Assembly (NCBI RefSeq): GCF_000341395.1
Contig: NC_020304.1
Coordinates: 2,880,001 to 2,912,000 of the forward strand
Length of the DNA: 32,000 nucleotides
DNA from: Desulfocapsa sulfexigens DSM 10523
GTDB taxonomy: Bacteria > Desulfobacterota > Desulfobulbia > Desulfobulbales > Desulfocapsaceae
Direction of reading: 5' to 3'
The number at the start of each line of letters is the position of its first letter. Positions within the stretch are counted from its first letter, which is position 1. Under the pieces are notes generated by a model. The model was not told the origin of the DNA, did no database searches, and saw nothing but the letters and a program-made list of their open reading frames with translations. Shown in pieces: positions 24,578 to 32,000 of this stretch. Position numbers and translations under genes: made by a program.

Positions 24578-26182
24578 TTGATGGACATAATAATGATTGT
24601 GGTAGCCTTTGTTCTCGGTTTTTTTGTGAAACAGATGGGGCTACCGCCACTGCTTGGCTTTCTTGCTGCAGGTTTTGTTTTGAACGCTTTTGGCTTTCAG
24701 GGAGGGGAAAATCTTCATCAGCTTGCTGATGCCGGAGTTCTTCTCCTTTTGTTCACTATAGGGCTGAAAGTTCGGGTAAAGAGTCTGTTTGGGCCTGAAA
24801 TATGGGCTGTCGCCTCGATCCACATGATTGTAACGGTGGTTACTCTTGGCTCTTTTATTTATCTCCTTTCGTATACAGCACTTTCCGCCTTTGCAGGAAT
24901 TGACTGGCAAGTCTCGCTTTTAATAGCCTTTGCGCTTAGCTTTTCCTCCACGGTTTTTACCGTAAAGGTAATGGAAGAAAAAGGTGAGATGAACTCCAAG
25001 CATGGAAGAATTGCAATTGGTATTCTTATTATTCAGGATTTTTTTGCCGTTATTTTTCTAACGTTTTCAAGTGGCAAAATACCCTCACCCTGGGCAGTGT
25101 GCCTGATTGTCTTACTTCTTTTGAGAAAACCAATTCTTGCTCTATTGACTCGTAGTGGTCATGGTGAGTTGTTGGTTCTCCTTGGACTCATTATTCCAAT
25201 TGCCGGTGCAAACCTTTTTGAGCTTGTCGGGCTCAAACCCGATCTTGGTGCCCTCCTGATTGGAATGCTCCTTGCCGGTCATCCGAAAACCAGTGAGCTT
25301 GCAAAAGCGATTCTGAATTTTAAAGATTTCCTCTTGGTTGGTTTTTTTCTGACCATTGGCCTTTCAGGTCTGCCGAATCTGGCAACTCTTAGTGTTGCTG
25401 CGCTCCTAGTCCTTGTCATACCGGTGAAGGTAGCTTTGTTTTATCTTCTCTTGACCCGATTTAAGCTACGAGCACGGACGTCCACCCTTTCTTCCCTGAG
25501 CCTTGCAACATACTCGGAATTCGGCCTTATAATCGGGGCACTTGGTGCGTCAAAAGGATGGCTGAGCAATGAGTGGCTAGTGATTTTTGCTCTCTCGCTA
25601 TCTCTCACGTTTATACTGGCTTCACCTCTCAATAACGCCTCTTACGCGATCTACAGCCGGCTTCATCAACTTCTGCGGCACTTTGAAACAGAGGAACGTT
25701 TGCCTGATGATAAGGTCGTCTCAGTGGGAGATGTTGACGGGATTGTCTTTGGAATGGGACGAATAGGTGAAGCAGCCTATGAGAGCCTGAGCAAACGTTA
25801 TGGAAAAAGAGTGATTGGAGTGGATTATGATATTGAAAGGGTAAATGAACATAAAGCTGCTGGATCAAATGTTATTCAGGCCGATGCCACGGATCATGAT
25901 TTTTGGGAACGTATTCAGATTCAAGGTAGTACGATTAAGATGGTGATGCTTGCAATGCCAAATTTTGAGGCAAATCTCTATGCCGCGAGGCGGATTCATG
26001 GCGCATATCCGGAAATAAATATTGCCGCCATAGTTGCATTTGATGACCAGATTGATGTCCTTCGTGAAGCAGGTGTGGATATGGTTTTTAATGTCCATAA
26101 GGAAGCTGGAACTGGTTTTGCGGATCATGTCTGCGCTAAGATGCAACAAGGTGAGATCGCACATCCTCAAATTCTTTCCTGA
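24578..26182 (+). CDS. CPA2-family monovalent cation:proton antiporter with TrkA-N domain (KefB/C-like)
   Basis: GLPPLLGFLAAGFVLNAFG, FALSFSSTVFTVKVMEEKGEMNSKHGRIAIGILIIQDFFAV, and a C-terminal nucleotide-binding GDVDGIVFGMGRIGEAAYESLSKRYGKRVIGVDYD. Confidence 0.92.
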   Translation: MMDIIMIVVAFVLGFFVKQMGLPPLLGFLAAGFVLNAFGFQGGENLHQLADAGVLLLLFTIGLKVRVKSLFGPEIWAVASIHMIVTVVTLGSFIYLLSYTALSAFAGIDWQVSLLIAFALSFSSTVFTVKVMEEKGEMNSKHGRIAIGILIIQDFFAVIFLTFSSGKIPSPWAVCLIVLLLLRKPILALLTRSGHGELLVLLGLIIPIAGANLFELVGLKPDLGALLIGMLLAGHPKTSELAKAILNFKDFLLVGFFLTIGLSGLPNLATLSVAALLVLVIPVKVALFYLLLTRFKLRARTSTLSSLSLATYSEFGLIIGALGASKGWLSNEWLVIFALSLSLTFILASPLNNASYAIYSRLHQLLRHFETEERLPDDKVVSVGDVDGIVFGMGRIGEAAYESLSKRYGKRVIGVDYDIERVNEHKAAGSNVIQADATDHDFWERIQIQGSTIKMVMLAMPNFEANLYAARRIHGAYPEINIAAIVAFDDQIDVLREAGVDMVFNVHKEAGTGFADHVCAKMQQGEIAHPQILS

Positions 26183-26231
26183 TTACCATCGAAACTTAGC
26201 TTTGCAACCCGGAGTTGTTCCGTGTCGATTA

Positions 26232-26296
26232 TATGGGACGCCATAAACCCATCCCTGGGGGCTTTGCTGCGGCCATCCAGGCCGCAGATGCCCATA
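26232..26296. other. Putative structured non-coding element (three-way junction-like)
   Basis: TATGGG (26232-26237) pairs with CCCATA (26291-26296). It encloses CCCA-TCCC-TGGG (26248-26259) and CTGCGGCC-ATCCA-GGCCGCAG (26267-26287). Confidence 0.5.
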
Positions 26297-26448
26297 AAAT
26301 CAACACGAAAAAAACTCCTCCTCATGCGGGTAGGCTGAGGATTAGTGGTAATCAGAAATTCTTTAGTTTCCGGTATCAGGAACCTACAGGTTGCATTCCA
26401 TTAACAGCAAACACCATGGAGAATCTATTTAAGGAGTTAGTTATATTG

Positions 26449-26476
26449 TTGACAGGCCTGCGGCAGAGTTTATATT
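26449..26476 (+). promoter_or_regulatory. Sigma-70-type promoter for the thioredoxin-like/ccdA pair
   Basis: TTGACA, a 16-nt spacer and TATATT, 67 nt upstream of the preferred start at 26543. Confidence 0.6.
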
Positions 26477-26542
26477 ACTGCCTGTGTTTTGAAGAAAACG
26501 ACATTATTTAACACTTTAAACAGAATACTCCTCAGGTTAACT

Positions 26543-26974
26543 ATGCAAAAATATATTGTTTTGTTCGCATTGCTCTTTTTCGTAACCTCCTGTTCTAACG
26601 ATGAACAGCCAGAAAACGTTTCACATCCCGTCACAACTGCAACACAAAGTACCACGTCTGCCAGCGCTCCTTCAGCAACTCGCCAGCTGGCATCCCATAA
26701 ACTGGTTTTCTTTTTGGATCCCAATGGAGGACCATGTCGTTTACAGGTGTCCATCCTCAATGACATGGCCACGGAACTCCGTGGAAAGGTGGATATTCAA
26801 TATGTACAGACGGTGGTTCCTGCTGATAGGGCTCTTTTTTCACAGTATGGTATTCGTGCACTTCCTACCCTGCTCCTTGCCGACGCCAGTGGCAAAGAAA
26901 TTAAGCGAATGACTCCAGGTGTAAAACAGGCTGACGATATCCGTCTTCTGCTTCAATCCATTCCTCAATTATAA
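26543..26974 (+). CDS. Thioredoxin-fold lipoprotein
   Basis: MQKYIVLFALLFFVTSC lipobox, VFFLDPNGGPCRLQVSIL active-site region and GIRALPTLLLAD cis-Pro region. Alternative start at 26489. Confidence 0.85.
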   Translation: MQKYIVLFALLFFVTSCSNDEQPENVSHPVTTATQSTTSASAPSATRQLASHKLVFFLDPNGGPCRLQVSILNDMATELRGKVDIQYVQTVVPADRALFSQYGIRALPTLLLADASGKEIKRMTPGVKQADDIRLLLQSIPQL

Positions 26975-26982
26975 TAACGATT

Positions 26983-27648
26983 ATGCCTCTAGACCTCAGT
27001 GTAACAACCCTTTTAATGGTGACTGTTGCAGGTGTTGCCTCCATAGCTTCCCCCTGTGTATTGCCCATGGTTCCCATCATTGTAACGGGAACCAGTGACG
27101 ACCATAAATATAGGCCCTTACTTATTGTTACCGGACTTAGTATCAGCTTTATTATCATGGGAGTTCTCACCTCCCTTTTTGCTGGGGCTGTGGCAGGAGT
27201 GATGCCAGTCGTCGAAAAAGTTGTTGGTGTTATAATTATTCTTTTTGGGTTCTCAATGCTTTTTGGCATAAATGTTTTTAAAAAATTCACTTTCTTTTAC
27301 AAAGCGCAGCAGTTTCAGAGCAAGGGAACATTTTCAGGACTGATTTTAGGAATGACACTTGGTGTGATTTGGATTCCCTGTGTAGGGCCCATGCTTTCAG
27401 GAGTCCTGGCACTGGTGGCAACGCAGGGGAAACTTGCTTCAGGCCTGATACTGCTTGCTTTTTATTCCCTGGGCTTTGCTATTCCCATGTTACTGGCAGG
27501 CTACGCTTCACAGACTATTCGACACAGGATTCGTGCGGTTAACAGTCACCCAGTGGCTGTTCGTCTGGTGAGTGGTTTGCTGCTTATCATTTTTGGTTAT
27601 TTTATTCTTACAGCTGGTATGCTGGCGATTGGGAGTTCTTTTAGCTGA
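26983..27648 (+). CDS. ccdA: CcdA-type thiol:disulfide interchange / cytochrome c biogenesis membrane protein
   Basis: GVASIASPCVLPMVPIIVTG and LGVIWIPCVGPMLSGVLALVATQG, the two conserved Cys-Pro transmembrane motifs. Confidence 0.9.
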   Translation: MPLDLSVTTLLMVTVAGVASIASPCVLPMVPIIVTGTSDDHKYRPLLIVTGLSISFIIMGVLTSLFAGAVAGVMPVVEKVVGVIIILFGFSMLFGINVFKKFTFFYKAQQFQSKGTFSGLILGMTLGVIWIPCVGPMLSGVLALVATQGKLASGLILLAFYSLGFAIPMLLAGYASQTIRHRIRAVNSHPVAVRLVSGLLLIIFGYFILTAGMLAIGSSFS

Positions 27649-27673
27649 TTGAATATGGTGAATAAAATCTGAA

Positions 27674-28552
27674 TCAGGGTAGCATTCGGCTTACGTAGAG
27701 ATCGCCTCGATCACAGTCGCCACTGGTTGTTATCTGGAAGCTACTGTCACTGTTAATGTGATGAAGAAATAGGTCTCTGCGTTTCCCCTCTGTGGTGCTC
27801 ACCAACCACTGAGGGCTGTTTGACCAAAGTTGATTGTCAAACTGTTTACCTGTCGGAGCATGTATCTGACCGATCTTTTTCAGGCTGTCCCATTGGTGTA
27901 TATGGAGGATACGGTGCTTCCCGCCGTTTACAGTAACCTTGCTACCATCCGGGGAGATGCTAGCTGAGCACCCCCTTGACACCGTATGGTTTGAGTTGCT
28001 TTGTAAGTCGTATATTCGTACTTTGAATCCTGTAAGGCCGCGTACCGTGGCAGTAAGTCGTTTGCCGTCTTTCGCTATATCAACCTCATAAAACTGCTCC
28101 CCCTGCAACAGTGTTTTGATTTTCCTGCTTTTGATATCCACCCGGCGTAGCAATTTGTCATCGGTAAAGATAACGGACTTGCCGTCCGGGAAAAAACATA
28201 ATGCTTTTGCCTTACTCGCTGTTGCAAGTTGTTTTACCGTGCCATCCTTTACTGTGAGAATCAAAATCGCATTGCCGTGTACAAAAGCGATCTGTTTTCC
28301 ATTCGGGGACCAGCGAGGATTTGTTCCATAATTCAAAAGATGCTGAGGAGATTTTTCCCCTACTGTAATCATGTATATTCCATCGGGGCGTTGGTAAACT
28401 ATTTTACCGATTAATTTATCAACAAGTGCTGTTTCAGTGGCAGCATGGGAATACGAAGGGCCAAAAAAAATTCCCATAAAAAGAAATATAATAGCGGTGA
28501 TGAGCGTTCCCGGTTTTAAAAATGGCATCGAATCAGATTGTCTATATCTCAT
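27674..28552 (-). CDS. TolB/PD40-type beta-propeller exported protein
   Basis: Signal peptide and repeats such as NPRWSPNGKQIAFVHGNAI, KALCFFPDGKSVIFTDD and GCSASISPDGSKVTVNGG. Confidence 0.75.
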   Translation of the reverse strand: MRYRQSDSMPFLKPGTLITAIIFLFMGIFFGPSYSHAATETALVDKLIGKIVYQRPDGIYMITVGEKSPQHLLNYGTNPRWSPNGKQIAFVHGNAILILTVKDGTVKQLATASKAKALCFFPDGKSVIFTDDKLLRRVDIKSRKIKTLLQGEQFYEVDIAKDGKRLTATVRGLTGFKVRIYDLQSNSNHTVSRGCSASISPDGSKVTVNGGKHRILHIHQWDSLKKIGQIHAPTGKQFDNQLWSNSPQWLVSTTEGKRRDLFLHHINSDSSFQITTSGDCDRGDLYVSRMLP

Positions 28553-28637
28553 CTTTTAAGCTATTAAAGCCACAGGATGGTGGTGGGCGCTGCGAAATTT
28601 CACGAATCTATTCTGTGTTTAGTTGATACTATGCAAT

Positions 28638-30017
28638 TTACTCTGTGGCGATACCGTTCTTTTCGTATTTCTTCAGCTTTCTCCATAGAGAAACCCTGTC
28701 GATACCAATTATTTTGGCAGCTTTTGTCTTGTTACCATCAACACCTTTGAGAATTGAAAGGATATAGTCCCTTTCATTTTCTTCAAGGCTAATATGGGGT
28801 TTTTCTGTGTCTACATGTGAAAGGTGGAAGCTTTTGTGTCCGTAGATGTCTGCTGGAAGGTGATGTGGCTGAATTTCAGAGTCATCACAGATGGCAAGAG
28901 AGCGTTCGATGATATTTTCAAGCTCCCGAGCATTGCCGGGATAGTCGTGGTCCAGCAGGCGCTTCATGGCTTCCTTGGAAAAATTTTTAGTTTCTGTGTT
29001 AGGCAGGGAATACTTTGCAAGAAAATAGTTTACCAAAAGAGGAATGTCATCTTTTCTGTCACGAAGAGGAGGAATGTGAAGGTTAATGACATTGAGCCTG
29101 TAATACAAATCCTGGCGGAACGTTCCTTTTTGTACCTCTTCTTTAAGATCCCGGTTGGTGGCAGCTAATAAACGAATGTCTATTGGTATCTCTTTGTTTC
29201 CTCCCACTCGGATAATAGTTTTCTCCTGTAGCACCCGCAATAGCTTTACCTGCATAATCAGAGGCATTTCGCCAATCTCATCAAAAAGAACCACACCACC
29301 ATTGGCAGACTCAAGAAGACCGTTACGGAGGCTTCCGGCGTCGGTGTAGGCATCCTTTTCATGACCAAACAGTTCGTTTGCCATCAATTCTTCTGTCATT
29401 GCTCCGCAGTTGATTGGAAGAAATCTCTTTTCGGATCTTGGGCTCAGCTCATAGATGGTCCTGGCCACTAATTCCTTGCCAGTTCCGGTTTCACCGGTAA
29501 TCAGGATGTTGCAGTCAAGCTGGGCAAAATGGGCTATTGAATCTTTGAGTTCCAGAATTGCAGGATTCTGACCAATGAACTGGGTTGTTCCCTGTTGCGC
29601 TCCAATGCGTAGCTTGAGGCGACCAATCTCACGTCGCAGTAGAGTTTTTTCAGTAGCTCGTAGAACAAGAGCGTGTAGCTCTTTCAGTTTTATTGGCTTA
29701 GGGAGGTAATAGAATGCCCCCTGGTCCATGGCTTCCACGGCAGAGTTTACAGTGGCATAGCCGGTAACAATGATAACTTCAATCTCTGGGTGAAGTTCTT
29801 TTGCTGTCTTCATCACCTGGACACCATCGACATCACCCATCTTTAAATCCGTTATCACAAGATCAAAGTGAGACTGATTCAGCAGGCTCAAGGCTTTTTC
29901 ACCACTGGTCGCAGTTGTTACACTGAACCCCTGTTGTTCAAGGAAATGACCAACATTCTGGACGTTTATTTCCTCATCATCAACCAGTAGGATAGTAATA
30001 TTATTTTTTTTAGACAT
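28638..30017 (-). CDS. NtrC-family response regulator (receiver, AAA+, Fis-type HTH)
   Basis: ILLVDDEEINVQN receiver, GETGTGKELVARTIYE Walker A, VVLFDEIGEMPL Walker B, C-terminal NKTKAAKIIGIDRVSLWRKLKKY. The GAFTGA equivalent reads DAYTDA. Confidence 0.93.
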   Translation of the reverse strand: MSKKNNITILLVDDEEINVQNVGHFLEQQGFSVTTATSGEKALSLLNQSHFDLVITDLKMGDVDGVQVMKTAKELHPEIEVIIVTGYATVNSAVEAMDQGAFYYLPKPIKLKELHALVLRATEKTLLRREIGRLKLRIGAQQGTTQFIGQNPAILELKDSIAHFAQLDCNILITGETGTGKELVARTIYELSPRSEKRFLPINCGAMTEELMANELFGHEKDAYTDAGSLRNGLLESANGGVVLFDEIGEMPLIMQVKLLRVLQEKTIIRVGGNKEIPIDIRLLAATNRDLKEEVQKGTFRQDLYYRLNVINLHIPPLRDRKDDIPLLVNYFLAKYSLPNTETKNFSKEAMKRLLDHDYPGNARELENIIERSLAICDDSEIQPHHLPADIYGHKSFHLSHVDTEKPHISLEENERDYILSILKGVDGNKTKAAKIIGIDRVSLWRKLKKYEKNGIATE

Positions 30018-31482
30018 TGGTACCTCTGGATGTTGAATACTTTCCGGGCAGCATTGTTTCTGCAGGTTCAGAGTGAAGCGGTAAGGTTATGATGAAGTTG
30101 GTTCCTGTCCCCTTTGTTGATTCAACCCTGATCGAACCGCCCTGTTTTTTGATAATGCCGTAGACGACAGCCAGGCCAAGTCCGGTACCATTGCCAGCGG
30201 TTTTGGTGGTGAAAAATGGATCGAAAACTTTGGCCAGATTTTCCGGATCTATTCCCGTACCGGTATCAGCAACGGTGATAACGGCCTTCTTTTGCTCTTC
30301 ATCCTTTTCTGCTTTAATACATACAGTCCCTGGTGGTTCAGGGATGGCCTGGATTGCATTGATTGTAAGATTAAGCAGGGCTTCAACCATTTTTTGCACG
30401 TCGACGTAGAGTACTACATCTTCGGGGATATCCGTCTCTATATTGATACCTGTTGGAATTTCACTGGCAACAAGGAGTTTCACTTTGTTTACGATTTTTG
30501 CTAGCTGACAGGGTTGAGAGGAAAAAGTATGGGCTCTGGAAAATTCCAACAGACCACGGACAATTTCTCCAGCACGCTGTGTTTCCTGATCGATGGTTTT
30601 TAGCATCCTGGCAACAAAAGAATCCTTATCATCACCCATATTCGCAAGAGCCAGCTGGCAGGAGGTGGAAATATTATTGAGGGGATTGTTAATCTGATGG
30701 GCCGTGCCAGATGCCAGGGTGCCGATTGATGAAAGTTTTTTGGCCTGGAAAAGCTGCTCCTGCTGCTCTTCCAGGTCAGTGACCATTTTATTAAAGGCAC
30801 GCAGGACACTACGAACCTCTCCTTTTTTATCATCTACAGACAGCCGGGAAAAAGTACCATTGGCAATATCAATTGCAGCGTTTTCAACCTTTTTTAATGG
30901 CTTAACGATTGAGGTATAGAGGAGGGAAATGGTGAAAACAGACAAAAGTACAAGAAAGAGTACAGTGTTTATAAGTCGAATGGTAAATTTCTCAATAAAG
31001 ACGGTCATCTTATTTTGTTCAAAAAGAACAAGGTCTTCAGTGATGTTGACAAGTTCCTGTCCAAGGCTACGAACTTTTTCCCGTAAGGGACAGACGGTGA
31101 CATCCTGTCCAATGGTGCATTTTCCCTTGAATTCCTTGAATGTCTCTTCATATGCCGTCAGTTTGGCGGTAAGGTCCTGCAGGTGTGTCGGGTGTGGCAT
31201 GATTTGTAAATCATCAATGACCTGGGGGACAAATTGTTGTGCCTCATCTACATATTCAAGAACTTTGTTGAAATCGGTGTTGTCATGACGAATGATGAAG
31301 TTCTTCTCATAGCGTCGTATTTCAAGGCTTATATTGCTGAGATTGCCGGCATGCATAAGCAGGGTGACATCATCATTGAACATGTTGAAATCTTTTAAAA
31401 ACGTGATCCCAACAATGATGTAGAAGAGCAGATGCAGGCAAAAACAGCCAATCATCTTCTGGCGAAGATTTAAAGCGAACAT
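30010..31482 (-). CDS. Membrane sensor histidine kinase with HAMP (NtrB-like)
   Basis: N-terminal transmembrane region and sensor, [44 protein letters not shown]-box, and [46 protein letters not shown]. It overlaps the regulator by 8 bp. Confidence 0.93.
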   Translation of the reverse strand: MFALNLRQKMIGCFCLHLLFYIIVGITFLKDFNMFNDDVTLLMHAGNLSNISLEIRRYEKNFIIRHDNTDFNKVLEYVDEAQQFVPQVIDDLQIMPHPTHLQDLTAKLTAYEETFKEFKGKCTIGQDVTVCPLREKVRSLGQELVNITEDLVLFEQNKMTVFIEKFTIRLINTVLFLVLLSVFTISLLYTSIVKPLKKVENAAIDIANGTFSRLSVDDKKGEVRSVLRAFNKMVTDLEEQQEQLFQAKKLSSIGTLASGTAHQINNPLNNISTSCQLALANMGDDKDSFVARMLKTIDQETQRAGEIVRGLLEFSRAHTFSSQPCQLAKIVNKVKLLVASEIPTGINIETDIPEDVVLYVDVQKMVEALLNLTINAIQAIPEPPGTVCIKAEKDEEQKKAVITVADTGTGIDPENLAKVFDPFFTTKTAGNGTGLGLAVVYGIIKKQGGSIRVESTKGTGTNFIITLPLHSEPAETMLPGKYSTSRGTNV

Positions 31483-31742
31483 AGTGTTTCACTCCTGTGT
31501 AAACCGGGTAAAAAACGACCCGGTGCGAAGGCGCAATTTGATCCGGCCTTTACTCTATTTAAAAAGAACTGATACATATGTCACCCAAAGTTAAAAGGAA
31601 TGAGTATGTATTCTATTTTGCCCATGAGAAGCAAATTTGAGACCAAATGAAAAATAAAATGTGATTTTAATCATTCGCCCATTGTTGCTGATTGCAAAGT
31701 GAGTTTGTTTCATACACCCATTGGGACAGCTTGCCACCAATC

Positions 31743-31791
31743 GTTGCGTAATCGCAACAACATTGCAAGGTGCAACGTTACAATGTGTAAC
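31743..31791. repeat. Cluster of three short perfect dyads upstream of the histidine kinase
   Basis: GTTGCG-taat-CGCAAC (31743-31758), TTGCA-agg-TGCAA (31763-31775) and GTTACA-atg-TGTAAC (31777-31791). Confidence 0.6.
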
Positions 31792-32000
31792 ATAGCTACT
31801 AAAGAAAAAGCTATATCTCCTTTTACTATATAAATTATTCCTCCAATCTGCTCCAGAAAGGCTCAACTCTTACCTTCGCCTAAGCTGTTACATCCTGCAA
31901 CGGACAAGTGTTACAATCATTTCACAGATCCACCTGAAAAAGGAAACAGATCTTATACGTAAATTTCAGTTCTCCTCGTAAAAAACGGCATACGGGTTGC

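Noticed and set aside
31591-31866. 91-aa minus-strand ORF upstream of the histidine kinase
   Set aside because: Low-complexity, non-globular composition, and it covers the dyad cluster. No ribosome-binding site or family signature was seen.
1-32000. Searched by eye for CRISPR arrays, prophage or transposase genes, integrases, toxin-antitoxin or defence cassettes, tRNA and rRNA genes
   Set aside because: No regularly spaced direct repeats, recombinase motifs, or recognisable structural RNA genes were seen. The region reads as core chromosome.

Overview
This 32-kb window looks like chromosome from a deltaproteobacterial / Desulfobulbales-type sulfur-metabolising bacterium. The lineage is inferred from gene content only. 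Left part, mostly minus strand: 3' end of a very acidic repetitive protein, cytochrome b / Rieske pair, coaD, rsmD, asd, pssA, psd, ilvN, ilvB. A divergent type-2 leuA follows. Middle: a CaCA-like exchanger coupled to a small thioredoxin-fold gene, then an AcuC-like deacetylase, a CBS protein, an ADP-forming acyl-CoA synthetase and a CoA-transferase/GNAT fusion. Right part: DUF2721 and DUF1566 proteins, pqiA-pqiA-pqiB, a YkgJ-like protein, a ferredoxin-like protein, a CPA2 antiporter, a thioredoxin-like lipoprotein with ccdA, a beta-propeller protein and an NtrC/NtrB-type two-component pair. The most interesting observations are not resolved by the supplied ORF track. (1) There are two probable selenoprotein genes with in-frame UGA codons. 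One is a thioredoxin/glutaredoxin-like UPRC protein (12416..12667, minus). The other is a small TusA/SirA-like protein with a Cys-Sec pair (23399..23620, plus). Each has a SECIS-like hairpin at the expected distance after the UGA. (2) A leucine-rich leader peptide (MYLQTILLGLLLSLLRESSVVGIGEF) followed by a perfect intrinsic terminator lies upstream of leuA, which is classical attenuation architecture. (3) Other signals are an acetylation/acyl-CoA gene cluster, an altered GAFTGA motif in the NtrC-like regulator, FNR-like and other dyads, and a possible three-way-junction element near 26.23-26.30 kb. Family assignments rest on motif recognition only; no database search was run.
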